A DNA stretch of 64,000 nucleotides from Planctomycetota bacterium (lineage in GTDB: Bacteria > Planctomycetota > SZUA-567 > JAKLDR01), in contig JAKLDR010000003.1 of assembly GCA_022703445.1 (NCBI GenBank), positions 36,407-100,406 of the forward strand, in the 5' to 3' direction. The translations under genes were made by a program, and so were the position numbers. The stretch's first letter is position 1. The number at the start of each line of letters is the position of its first letter. Below the pieces are notes generated by a model, which worked only from the letters and a program-made list of their open reading frames with translations, did not search any database and was not told the DNA's origin. Positions 8,782 to 17,793 of this stretch are shown here, piece by piece.

Positions 8782-10110
8782 ATGCTGGTGATTCTCAGCG
8801 ATCTGCATTTCTCCGACGGCACCCTGGCCCCCGAGGGGGCGCGTGAGGGCTGGAACATCCCGGCGCGGGCCTTCCGGTACCTGGCCGACGACCTGCGGGC
8901 CATCATCGGCAACGAGCGGATCAACGTCCGCGAGGTCCGGCTGGTGCTGCTCGGCGACGTCTTCGACCTGCTGCGCTCGGCCTCCTGGGGCCGGCCCGGC
9001 CCGGCGCCCTGGGACGCGCCCTACCCGGACCTGGAGGCCCGCGCGGCGGAGATCCTCGAGGGCGTCGTGCGCGAGAACGACCTGGCCTTCTCCGAGATCC
9101 GCGACTGGAAGGAGATGCTCGGACTGCTCCCCGAGAGGGTCCACGTCCACTATGTGCCCGGCAACCACGACCGGCTGGTCAACCTGTTCCCCTCGACGCG
9201 CCGGATCGCCGCCGGGGCCCTGGGACTGGACCCGGGCGTCCAGCCCCCAGACGCGCCCTTCGCCCACGGCTTCTCCTCAGCCGAGTACGGCGTGCTCGCC
9301 AGGCACGGCCAGCAGTTCGACGGGCTCAACTGGGGCGGCTCCTTCGAGGCCGCCGGCCTCGGCGAAGCCGTGGTGGCGCGGCTCTTCAACGCCTTCCCGG
9401 AGCGGGCCCGGGCGCTCCTCGATCCGGCCGACCCGGAGACGGCTCCGATTCTGGAGCGGCTCGAGGAGCTCGACCACGTCCGGCCGCTCTGGGCCGTGCC
9501 ACGCTGGTTCCAGGGCATGCTGGCCTCCGCGGGCCGGGAGTCGACCCGCGCGGCACTGCGCGCCGCCTGGTCCGAGACCGCCGCGGCCTTCGCCGCCGAG
9601 CCGTTCGTCCACGGGCAGATGAGCCCCTGGAACCCGCTGGCCAGGGCCAACCTCGCCGCCCGGCTGATCCGCACGCCCTGGGGCCTGGCCGAGCGCCTCT
9701 GCCGGCTCAGGCCCCTGCGCTGGCTGATCGACGATTCGGACGCGAAGTACGCCAGGGCCGCGGCCGAGGAGGCGGCCGCGCAGTTCCCAGATCGCAGCTC
9801 CCAGTTCCCAGCGGAACATGGGGTCCGCACACTGGGAACTGAGAACAGGGAACTGGGAACTGGCCACTCCGTCGTCTACGGCCACACCCACGTCGCCCGA
9901 CAGGTGGCCATCGACGTCCGCGGCGACGCGCCGCTGATGTACTTCAACTCCGGCACCTGGCGGCGGGTGGTAGGCCCCGCGGAGCTCGGCCCCTCCGGCG
10001 CGACCGCGCGGCCCTTCGCCTCCTGGCAGGTGATGAGCTACCTGCTCTTCTACCGCCCGGAGGAGAACCGCGGCTACCGCTTCGAGACCTGGCAGGGAAC
10101 GCGCGGGTAG
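8782..10110 (+). CDS. Calcineurin-like metallophosphoesterase
   Basis: SDLH, LGDVFD, GNHD, HG, GHTH and NSGTW motifs in canonical order. Confidence 0.85.
   Translation: MLVILSDLHFSDGTLAPEGAREGWNIPARAFRYLADDLRAIIGNERINVREVRLVLLGDVFDLLRSASWGRPGPAPWDAPYPDLEARAAEILEGVVRENDLAFSEIRDWKEMLGLLPERVHVHYVPGNHDRLVNLFPSTRRIAAGALGLDPGVQPPDAPFAHGFSSAEYGVLARHGQQFDGLNWGGSFEAAGLGEAVVARLFNAFPERARALLDPADPETAPILERLEELDHVRPLWAVPRWFQGMLASAGRESTRAALRAAWSETAAAFAAEPFVHGQMSPWNPLARANLAARLIRTPWGLAERLCRLRPLRWLIDDSDAKYARAAAEEAAAQFPDRSSQFPAEHGVRTLGTENRELGTGHSVVYGHTHVARQVAIDVRGDAPLMYFNSGTWRRVVGPAELGPSGATARPFASWQVMSYLLFYRPEENRGYRFETWQGTRG
9781..9862. repeat. Heptamer hairpin (CAGTTCC / CTGGGAA) lying in frame inside the CDS
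   Basis: CAGTTCC CAGATCG CAGCTCC CAGTTCC (9781-9808) opposite CTGGGAA CTGAGAA CAGGGAA CTGGGAA (9832-9859). Confidence 0.8.
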
Positions 10111-10130
10111 CGCACCGCCGCCCCCTGCTG

Positions 10131-10158
10131 TTGCTTCAGCCCCCGGCGATGCTAGAAT
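10131..10158 (+). promoter_or_regulatory. sigma70-type extended -10 promoter, probably giving a leaderless mRNA
   Basis: TTGCTT (10131-10136) - 16 nt - TAGAAT (10153-10158) preceded by TGc; ATG 10166 follows 7 nt later. Confidence 0.65.
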
Positions 10159-10165
10159 CCCGGCC

Positions 10166-12745
10166 ATGATAGAGTTCCATCGGACCGGGCCGGACGCCGG
10201 CCGGAGCCTCCGTCCGGCGCGGCGCCCATGGCTGCTGCTGCCCGCGCTGCTCGCCCTGGCGGCGGGCTGCGACCCGATCATCATCACCTGGGGCGCGCCG
10301 AAAGGGCCGGTGCCCCGCGAGGAGCAGGCCTTCCGGAAGGTCGAGGCCGAGTACCTCCGGCACATCGCGCGCAACCCCGCGGACCCGGCCGCCCCGGCGG
10401 AACTGGCCGAGCGCTACCGCGCCCGCGGGGACTTCGCCCGGGCCGAAGAGTACTTCCGCAAGTCGCTGGCCGCCTCGGAGCGCTTCTACTTCGCCCGCGC
10501 CGGGCTGGCCCGCCTCTACCTGGACTCGGGTCGCCCGGCCGAGGCCGCGACGGAGGCCGAGAAGGCCGCCGCCGACAACCCCGGCGACGCCCGGGCCTTC
10601 GCCCTGCTGGCCCGCGCCCGGCGCGCCAACTCCGATGCGGCCGGCGAGCGCAAGGCGCTCGACGACGGGCTCCGGCTCGACCCGGAGAGCGTCGAGCTGC
10701 TCCTCGACAAGGCCGGCCTGGAGCTCCGCGCGAAGCGCCCCGCCGCCGCCGAGGCGCTCTGCCGCCGGGCCGTCAAGGTCGCCCCGGACAACGCCTCCGC
10801 CCGCGCCGACCTGGCCATGGCGCTGGCCGCCGCGGGCCGCCCGGCCGAGGCGGTCGCTTCCGCCGAGGAGGCCGCCCGGCTCGACGCATCCTCGCCCGCC
10901 GTCTGGGAGACGCTGGGCCGCTGCCGGGAACTGGCCGGCGACGGTCCGGGCGCGGAAGAGGCCCTGCGCCGGGCGCTGAAGCTCGACCCCGACCTGGCCT
11001 CCGCGCGCGAGCGCCTGGCCCTGCTGCTGGAGCTCTCCGGCCGGCCGTTCGAAGCCGAGACCGAGTTCCGCGAGCTGGTCACCCGGGCGCCGCAGCAGCG
11101 CCTGCCCCTGGAACACCTGGCGCTGCTGTGCCGCGCGCGGGGCTCGTCCGCCGGAGAGCTCGACGCCCGGCTGAGGCTGGCCCGGGCCTTTCCGGATGAC
11201 GCCGAGGCCCAGCGCGAAGCGGCGCTGGCCCTGGAGCGCTGCGGCGACCTGCCCCGGTCCCTGGAGCTCTGGGAGCGCCTGCGGAAACTGCGCCCCGGCG
11301 ACGCCGAGGCCCACCGGGCCCTGGCCCGGATCTGGACCAGGCTCGGCAAGGCCGGCACGGCCACGTTCCACCACAAGGCGGCGCTCGAAAAGGACCCCAA
11401 CGACTGCGACGCCCTGGCCGCGCTGGCGGCCATGGCCGTCGAGGAGGGGCGCCTGGACGAGGCCCGCGCCCTCTGCGAGCGGTGGGTCAAGGCCGACCCG
11501 GACGGCGTCGGGGCCCGCCTCGCCCTGGGCGCCGTGCTGGCCGCCGCCGGCGACAACGCCCGCGCCGCCGAGGAACTCGAGGCAGCCATCCGGCTCGACG
11601 CCTCGGTGGCCGTCGCCCACCGCGAACTGGCCGCCGTCCTGCGCAAGCTCGACCAGCCGGAGCGCGCCGCGGCCGAGGCCCGCCGGGCCGTGGAACTGGC
11701 CCCCCACGATGCCGCAGCCTGGGCGGTGCTCGGCCGCATCGAGAAGGACGCCGGGCGCAAGGCCGAGGCGGCCGCCGCGCTGGCCCGCGCCGTCGAGGAG
11801 TCCCCGGCCCCCGGCCCCGATCGGCTCTGGGCGGCCTTCGACGCCGCCTCCGAAGCCGGCGACTCCCGCGCCGCCGCCGGCTTCGCCCGGAAGCTGGCGG
11901 TCATGGAGCGCGAGCGGCCCGCGGCGGCCCGGGCGCTGGCCCGGATGTCCGCGGCGGGCTCCGCCCCCGGCGAGGAGCTTTACTGGCTGGGCACGGCCCT
12001 GGCCGCCTCCACGCCGGCCGACCCGCGCTGGCGCGGGGACCGCCGTAGGTTCGATGAACTCTGCCGCGAGGCCCGCGCGGCCGAGGCGGCGCTCGGGCTC
12101 TACCGGGCGGACCTGGAGCGCGACCCGCGCAGCACGACGGCCCTGGCCGGCATGGCCGCCGTCGAGCGGCTGCGCGGCAACCTGGCGGCGGCCGCCGGCC
12201 TCTACGAGCGCTGGCTCGCCGTCGAACCGGCCTCGCGGCCGGCCGCGGCGGCGCTCTCGGTGATCTACGCCCGGCAGACCCGGGATGCGGCCGCCGGGAG
12301 CCGTCCCGAGGAGAAACGCATGCGCGAGAAGGCCCTCGGCGCGGCGCTGCGCCTGGTGGCCATCGACCCGCAGAGCGCCCCGGCCCGGCTGATCCTGGCC
12401 CGGGCCTACGGCGCGACCGGCGATGCCCGCCGGCGGGAGCTGGAGCTCCGCGCGGCCATCAAGTTCGACCCCAAGAACGCCGCCGCCCGCAACAACCTTG
12501 GCGTCGCCCTGGCCGGCTCCGGGCGCCTGGCCGAGGCCCGCGCGGAGTTCGAGCGGGCCGCCGAGCTGGCCCCCAAGGCCGCCTGGCCGCCCCACAACCT
12601 GGCGGTGCTCACCAGCCGGGACCTGGCTGATCCCGAGGTGGCCGGGCGCCACCGGGCCAGGGTCGCGGCGCTGACCGGCGCCGGCGCCGAGGCCCCGCCC
12701 GACGCCGACGGCTACTGGGAGTTCGTCCCCGAAGAGGAGCGCTGA
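10166..12745 (+). CDS. Tetratricopeptide repeat lipoprotein
   Basis: Lipobox-like LALAAGC; many TPR units (A..LDP....A...LG..L). Confidence 0.85.
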   Translation: MIEFHRTGPDAGRSLRPARRPWLLLPALLALAAGCDPIIITWGAPKGPVPREEQAFRKVEAEYLRHIARNPADPAAPAELAERYRARGDFARAEEYFRKSLAASERFYFARAGLARLYLDSGRPAEAATEAEKAAADNPGDARAFALLARARRANSDAAGERKALDDGLRLDPESVELLLDKAGLELRAKRPAAAEALCRRAVKVAPDNASARADLAMALAAAGRPAEAVASAEEAARLDASSPAVWETLGRCRELAGDGPGAEEALRRALKLDPDLASARERLALLLELSGRPFEAETEFRELVTRAPQQRLPLEHLALLCRARGSSAGELDARLRLARAFPDDAEAQREAALALERCGDLPRSLELWERLRKLRPGDAEAHRALARIWTRLGKAGTATFHHKAALEKDPNDCDALAALAAMAVEEGRLDEARALCERWVKADPDGVGARLALGAVLAAAGDNARAAEELEAAIRLDASVAVAHRELAAVLRKLDQPERAAAEARRAVELAPHDAAAWAVLGRIEKDAGRKAEAAAALARAVEESPAPGPDRLWAAFDAASEAGDSRAAAGFARKLAVMERERPAAARALARMSAAGSAPGEELYWLGTALAASTPADPRWRGDRRRFDELCREARAAEAALGLYRADLERDPRSTTALAGMAAVERLRGNLAAAAGLYERWLAVEPASRPAAAALSVIYARQTRDAAAGSRPEEKRMREKALGAALRLVAIDPQSAPARLILARAYGATGDARRRELELRAAIKFDPKNAAARNNLGVALAGSGRLAEARAEFERAAELAPKAAWPPHNLAVLTSRDLADPEVAGRHRARVAALTGAGAEAPPDADGYWEFVPEEER

Positions 12746-12770
12746 GGCCGCCCAGGCGGAGCATCCGTCC

Positions 12771-13517
12771 ATGAGCCACCGACAACCCGGGGAGTTCACC
12801 GACCGCAGCGCCTATCGCCGGCGCATGGAGCCCTCCGGCCTGGCCGCGTTCGTAGTCCGGGCCGGCGAGAGCGACCTGCACATCTCCGCCTCGCGGGAGC
12901 TGCCCGGACTGGCCGGGAGGGAGCTGGAGTCCGTCCGCGCGGCGCTCGAGGGCTACATCCGATCCAACCCGAAGTTCCGGACCACCCTGGAGCCCTGGCC
13001 CGAGGACCCGGCCGCGCCGCAGATCGTGCGCGAGATGATCGCCGCCGGGGCGACCGCCGGCGTCGGGCCGATGGCCGCGGTGGCCGGGGCGGTGGCCGCG
13101 GCCGTGGGCCGGAGGCTCCTCGGGCAGTGCCGGGAGGTCATCGTCGAGAACGGCGGGGACATCTTCATCGCCGGGCGCGAGGAGCGCATCGCGGCGATCT
13201 TCGCCGGGGATTCGCCGCTCTCCATGAAGCTGGGCCTGAAGCTCCCGCCGGCGCCGGCCGGCTGCGGCCTGGCCACCAGCTCCGGGACGGTGGGGCCGTC
13301 GCTGTCCTTCGGCAAGGCCGACGCAGCCGTGGCCTTCGCCGCCGACGCGGCGCTGGCCGACGCCGCGGCCACGGCCATCGGCAACCGGGTGAAGCGCCCC
13401 GAGGACCTGGCCGCGGCCATGGAGTTCGCCGAGGGCATCCCCGGCCTCGCCGGCGCCCTGGCCGTAATCGGCGAGAACCTGGCGGCGTGGGGCGAGATGG
13501 AGCTGGTCGAACTATAG
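12771..13517 (+). CDS. UPF0280 family protein (ApbE superfamily)
   Basis: ESDLHI, VGPMAAVAGAVA, VENGGDIF, ATSSGTVGPSLSFGKADAA, ADAAATAIGN. Confidence 0.88.
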   Translation: MSHRQPGEFTDRSAYRRRMEPSGLAAFVVRAGESDLHISASRELPGLAGRELESVRAALEGYIRSNPKFRTTLEPWPEDPAAPQIVREMIAAGATAGVGPMAAVAGAVAAAVGRRLLGQCREVIVENGGDIFIAGREERIAAIFAGDSPLSMKLGLKLPPAPAGCGLATSSGTVGPSLSFGKADAAVAFAADAALADAAATAIGNRVKRPEDLAAAMEFAEGIPGLAGALAVIGENLAAWGEMELVEL

Positions 13518-13521
13518 GATG

Positions 13522-13748
13522 CCGCGGAGACGCGGAGGCGGCCGCGGAACGACGTCTCAACAGTCAACAACCAACGATTGGCGCAAGAGGCCGATCTCCA
13601 ATAAGAACGGCGCGGCCACCAGCCGCTGAAGCGTCCATTGTCATCGATGAGATCACTCCTTGGTTGTTGGTGGTTGGTTGTTGCATGTTGCGTGTTCGTG
13701 CTGTCCACGCGTCCTCGCGTCGCCGTGCCGCTCCGTTGCTCTCCGCGG
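13522..13748. repeat. Nested intergenic hairpin: outer CCGCGGAG/CTCCGCGG inverted repeat, inner heptamer arms
   Basis: TCAACAG TCAACAA CCAACGA (13557-13577) opposite TGGTTGT TGGTGGT TGGTTGT TGCATGT TGCGTGT (13661-13695). Confidence 0.7.
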
Positions 13749-13838
13749 ATTTTCCCGTGCCCTGACCGCTCCACGGGTGTTTAGCTTCCCTCATGGCCGC
13801 TCCCGCCCCGCCGGATGGGAGCCGAAGGAGACGAGGAC

Positions 13839-14885
13839 ATGATGCCACGCAGAGCGATTATCCCCCTGTTGGCCCTGGCGCTGCTGACCGGAGCGGGTCC
13901 GGGCCGGACCACCGCCGGCGAGGAGGTCGCCGTCGGCAGCGCCGACCGGGTCATCCGCGCCACGGTCAGCAAGGTCGAGGAGAAGGACGGCGTCCTGGCC
14001 GTGACCATCCCGGCCGGCAAGGCCGACGGGGTCCGCGAGGGGTTCGAGTTCATCAGCCAGTGGCGGGGCTGGACCGGCAAGGTGATCGCGGTGACCGAGG
14101 GCAGCTCGGTCCTCGAGGTCAAGGCCGAGCTCAAGCCCAGGGTCTCTGTCGGCGATCTCGCCGAGACACGCCTGACTACCGTCCTGGCCGAGGCCAGGCC
14201 CGGCGAGAAGCCGCCCGAGCCCGCCCCGGTCAGGGCCGAGGCCGTCGAAGGCCTGCAGCTCGTCCTGATCAAGCGCGAGACCGTCACCAAATTCGCGGCC
14301 TACGTCGACAAGGACGGCAACCCAGTCAGACCCGCGTGGGGCCAGCAGAAGCCGCCGGAGGGAGCCGTGGAGAAGGTCACGGAGACCAAGTCCTACGAGC
14401 TCTGCGCGCGGCTTAGAAACGTCGGCGACAAGCCCGTCGCCCTGGGCTGCAACCGGGGCCAGTGGGGCCTGGCTTGGTCCGCGCCATCCATAAAGCTCTC
14501 CGCCCGCGACGCGGAGGGCAAGGAGGTGCCCCGCGCGGACATGGGCATGCCCACCGGCGAGAGGACCGGACCGTCGGCCGTCGTGGTGCTCAAGCCCGGC
14601 CAGTTCCTGGAGCAGCAGTTCCAGTGGCTGCCGTTCAGGTTCCCGGCCGAGGGCAAGTACGTGATCTGGGCCACGCTCGAAGACCAGCCCCGCCCCGAGG
14701 CTCTGCCCGGGGTGACCCCCTGGAGCGGCAAGCTCAAGAGCAACGACGTGGACTGGGAGTACAAGGGCAGGATGGCCGTTCCCGGCGGCGGCCCATGGGG
14801 CGGTCCGGGCGGAGGCCAAGGCGGAGGCCCCGGCGGGCAGCCCGCACCGGCCCCGGTTCCGCTGCCGGGAAAGGAAGTGTTCTGA
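13839..14885 (+). CDS. Secreted hypothetical protein with Gly/Pro-rich C-terminus
   Basis: Purine-rich leader, signal peptide MMPRRAIIPLLALALLTG, normal codon usage; no family recognised. Confidence 0.65.
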   Translation: MMPRRAIIPLLALALLTGAGPGRTTAGEEVAVGSADRVIRATVSKVEEKDGVLAVTIPAGKADGVREGFEFISQWRGWTGKVIAVTEGSSVLEVKAELKPRVSVGDLAETRLTTVLAEARPGEKPPEPAPVRAEAVEGLQLVLIKRETVTKFAAYVDKDGNPVRPAWGQQKPPEGAVEKVTETKSYELCARLRNVGDKPVALGCNRGQWGLAWSAPSIKLSARDAEGKEVPRADMGMPTGERTGPSAVVVLKPGQFLEQQFQWLPFRFPAEGKYVIWATLEDQPRPEALPGVTPWSGKLKSNDVDWEYKGRMAVPGGGPWGGPGGGQGGGPGGQPAPAPVPLPGKEVF

Positions 14886-14948
14886 CGAAGCCGGACGGAG
14901 TAAGGCAGCCGCTCTTCCGCCGCGGCGGGGACCAGATGGGACGCCTGC

Positions 14949-15842
14949 CTATTCCGCCCTGGCAGCCGGCCTGGTCAATCTGCACCCCGCCGGCACCTCG
15001 AAGAGCCCCGGGTCGAGCTTCTCGGGCAGCTCCAGTCTGGTGACCTCGAACTCGGAGAGCCGCGGGATGCCCGAGCCGGGCAGCCGGCCGATGATCCGGG
15101 CCTTCAGCGCGAAGCTCTGGCGGCGCCTGAGCTCCTTGAGCAGGCCGGGCGAGAAGTCGCCCGTCAGCGCGCGGATCTCGCTCATGTCGCAAGGGATGAG
15201 CAGTCCCTCGGCCGCCCATTCCTCTATGCGCAGCTCGCCGTCCTCAAGGTAGCTGATGTGCCGGCATTTGCGGCCGAGGATCTCGACGGTCTGCGGGTCG
15301 GCCCGAACCTCGATCCGCGGCTGGCGCTGGCCGAGGACCACTTCGTAGGCCCTGCGCTTCTCGGGAGGCAGCCGCTCCTCGCGGAGGCGCCTGGCCAGCA
15401 ACTCGCGAACGCCGCGCACGCTTTCCGCCGCTTCGGCGAAGGTGACCTCGGCATAGGTGCCGTCGGCGGCGTTGATCTGCCACATGAGCTTCCGGTCCAG
15501 ACGGAGGATGCCGACCGGGGCCGGGGCTGAAGGCCGTGCACCGGAGGCCGGGCTCAGCGTCTCGGTGCGCAGCCCCTTGTCAGAGGCATAGATGCGCTGC
15601 GCCAGTCTGGACTCCGAATCGTTGCCCAGGGCGTCGGTCATGACCCGTCGGCCGGTCGTCTCATACACCAGGAAAGGCGGTCGGAGCGCCGCGACGTCCG
15701 GCACCGGTCCGGCGGGCGCCTGGCCGGCCGCTCCGGGGCCGTCCGGGCCCGCGGAAGCCTCCTGGCCACGGAAGCAGCCGGCCGGGGCCAGGAGCAGGAT
15801 CATCACAAGCGGCAGGGCGATGGCGGAGCACAGTTCACGCAT
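14949..15842 (-). CDS. Probable lipoprotein, DUF4412-like
   Basis: LLLAPAGC lipobox-like signal; GILRLDRKLMWQINAADGTY, ILGRKCRHI, LDPGLFEVPAG patterns. Confidence 0.6.
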   Translation of the reverse strand: MRELCSAIALPLVMILLLAPAGCFRGQEASAGPDGPGAAGQAPAGPVPDVAALRPPFLVYETTGRRVMTDALGNDSESRLAQRIYASDKGLRTETLSPASGARPSAPAPVGILRLDRKLMWQINAADGTYAEVTFAEAAESVRGVRELLARRLREERLPPEKRRAYEVVLGQRQPRIEVRADPQTVEILGRKCRHISYLEDGELRIEEWAAEGLLIPCDMSEIRALTGDFSPGLLKELRRRQSFALKARIIGRLPGSGIPRLSEFEVTRLELPEKLDPGLFEVPAGCRLTRPAARAE

Positions 15843-15947
15843 GGGAAGCGACCTCCGCCGGGCAGTGTAGCGCCGGGACACCCGCTGTCAAAGCGGGGAG
15901 CGCGGATCCGAGGTACGGCCGCCCCACCCGTCGCTGGAGAATCTGCC

Positions 15948-15979
15948 TTGACAACGGGGGGGGGCGGGCGTATCAATAT
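15948..15979 (+). promoter_or_regulatory. Possible sigma70 promoter of the TPR-rpsT unit
   Basis: Perfect TTGACA (15948-15953); -10 is ambiguous (TATCAA 15971 or CAATAT 15974); G9 run in the spacer. Confidence 0.45.
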
Positions 15980-15985
15980 CGAACC

Positions 15986-17392
15986 ATGGCTACCGACACC
16001 AGCAAACTGATCGAGAAGGCCCGCGAGGCGGTCCAGCGCCGGAACTACGCCTACGCGCTGGACCTCTACCAGCAGGCCCTGGTGCTCGATCCCGACAAGG
16101 TCGACCCCCGGCGCGAGCTGCGGGCCACCGCCAGCCGCTACGTCAAGGAAAACGGCATATCCCCCAGCTCGGCGTGGATCAAAGGCCTGGGCTCGGTCTT
16201 CAAGATCCTGCTCATGGGCTCCTCGCCCAAGAACGCCGAGAAGCTGATGATCGAGTGCGAGAAGTTCCTGGTCAACGACCCCGGCAACCTGTGGGTCTCG
16301 ACCAAGCTGGGCCTGGCCGCCCTGCAGCTGGGCTACTACAACGCGGCCGTGGCCGTCTTCGAGGACGTCCGCCAGAGCCACCCCGGCAACGTCCCGAACC
16401 TCTACCACCTGGGAGCCGCCTACGAGGCCAAGGAGGACAGCAAGGCGGCCATCGCCGTCTACGAGGCCGTCGTCAAGCTGGCCCCCCACGAGCACCTCGC
16501 ACCGCAGAAGATCAAGGACCTCTCGGCCATCGTCACCACCGGGGTCTTCACCAAGGGGGCCATGCAGGGCGCCAAGAGCATCGTCAAGGACGACAAGGCC
16601 CACGAGAAGTTCGAGGTCGAAGCCCACGAGATCCGTTCGCTGGAACAGCGCTCCAAGGCACTGGCCTTCCAGCAGGAGGCCCTGGCCAAGGCCGGAACCG
16701 ACCCGCGCCACCAGGCCACCTACCAGATGAAGATCGGCGACCTCTGGCTGCTGGTCGATCCGGACTTCGCGCAGGCCGAGGCCGCCTACCGCAAGGCCAA
16801 GGAGCTCCAGCCCACCGACAAGACCTACGACTTCCGCCTCGACGACGTCGAGATCAAGCGGATGGACAAGGCCCTCAAGGAGCTGGAAGCCAGGCAGGCC
16901 GCCGCCCCGTCCGACGCGGGCCTGAAGGCCGAGGCCCAGAAGCTCAAGGCCAAGCGCAACGAGTTCCGGATGAAGTCCTACGAACAGCGCGCTGCCTTCC
17001 GCCCCATGGACATGAACGTGGCCTTCACCCTGGGCAACATCTACTTCGCCCTGGGCAAGCTGGACGAGGCCATCGGCCAGTACCAGCGCACGGTCGGCGA
17101 CCCGTCCAAGCGCAGCGATTCGCTCAATTCGCTGGGCATCTGCTTCTCCCGCAAGCAGCAGTTCGATCTCGCCGCCAAGCAGTTCCAGACCGCGCTCGAC
17201 GGCATCGAGGTGATGAACGAGCGCAAGAAGGCCATCCTCTACAACCTGGGCGACTGCCTGGCCAAGATGCCCGGCCGGCACGACGAAGCCCTCAAGATCT
17301 TCACCCAGCTGTACGAGGCGGACATCGGTTTCAAGGACGTCGCCAAGCGCCTGGAAGAGCTGCGGAAGTCCCCCAGCCCCAAGGCCGGCTGA
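15986..17392 (+). CDS. Tetratricopeptide repeat protein
   Basis: TPR units such as YALDLYQQALVLDP, LGNIYFALGKLDEAIGQYQ, LGICFSRKQQFDLAAKQFQ. Confidence 0.85.
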   Translation: MATDTSKLIEKAREAVQRRNYAYALDLYQQALVLDPDKVDPRRELRATASRYVKENGISPSSAWIKGLGSVFKILLMGSSPKNAEKLMIECEKFLVNDPGNLWVSTKLGLAALQLGYYNAAVAVFEDVRQSHPGNVPNLYHLGAAYEAKEDSKAAIAVYEAVVKLAPHEHLAPQKIKDLSAIVTTGVFTKGAMQGAKSIVKDDKAHEKFEVEAHEIRSLEQRSKALAFQQEALAKAGTDPRHQATYQMKIGDLWLLVDPDFAQAEAAYRKAKELQPTDKTYDFRLDDVEIKRMDKALKELEARQAAAPSDAGLKAEAQKLKAKRNEFRMKSYEQRAAFRPMDMNVAFTLGNIYFALGKLDEAIGQYQRTVGDPSKRSDSLNSLGICFSRKQQFDLAAKQFQTALDGIEVMNERKKAILYNLGDCLAKMPGRHDEALKIFTQLYEADIGFKDVAKRLEELRKSPSPKAG

Positions 17393-17421
17393 CCGTTTAG
17401 AGAAGAGAGGAAAGTTCCAGG

Positions 17422-17706
17422 ATGCCCCACACCAACAGCGCCATGAAGCGGGTTCGCCAGAACCAGCGCCGCAACGCCACCAACCGCGCCGCCCGCACCC
17501 AGCTGCACACCGTCCTCAAGAAGGCCCGCGCGGCCATCGCCGCAGCCCCCAAGGATGCGGCCACCGAGAAGGTCCTGCGCACGGCGTTCGGCGTGCTCGA
17601 CCGCTCCGCCCGCAAGGGGCTGATCAAGAAGAACGAGGCCGACCGCCGCAAGGCGCGGCTGTGCCTGGCCCGCGACAAGGCCGCGGCCGGCTCGCGTCAG
17701 GGCTGA
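17422..17706 (+). CDS. rpsT: 30S ribosomal protein S20
   Basis: SAMKRVRQNQRRNATNR...LDRSARKGLIKKNEADRRKARL; 94 aa and basic. Confidence 0.95.
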   Translation: MPHTNSAMKRVRQNQRRNATNRAARTQLHTVLKKARAAIAAAPKDAATEKVLRTAFGVLDRSARKGLIKKNEADRRKARLCLARDKAAAGSRQG

Positions 17707-17748
17707 CCTCAGACGCTTCGCAGGCAGGCCTCCGGCCCGGGAATGCCC

Positions 17749-17771
17749 CGGCGCCGGAGGCGCTGTTTTTT
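17749..17771 (+). terminator. Intrinsic terminator after rpsT
   Basis: CGGCGCC-GGA-GGCGCTG stem followed by TTTTTT. Confidence 0.7.
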
Positions 17772-17793
17772 CCGGCGGCCGCCAGCCCGGACG

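Noticed and set aside
10136-12799. 887-aa minus-strand ORF, and similar long antisense ORFs (32453..35791 +, 45748..49719 +, 57305..59212 -)
   Set aside because: They are shadows of well-supported genes on the other strand; stop codons are scarce at this GC content and the translations have no recognisable motifs.
13793-14416. Alternative-frame ORF starting just after a TAGCTT box
   Set aside because: The translation is Arg/Gly-rich and low-complexity; the overlapping frame from 13839 has a signal peptide and normal composition.
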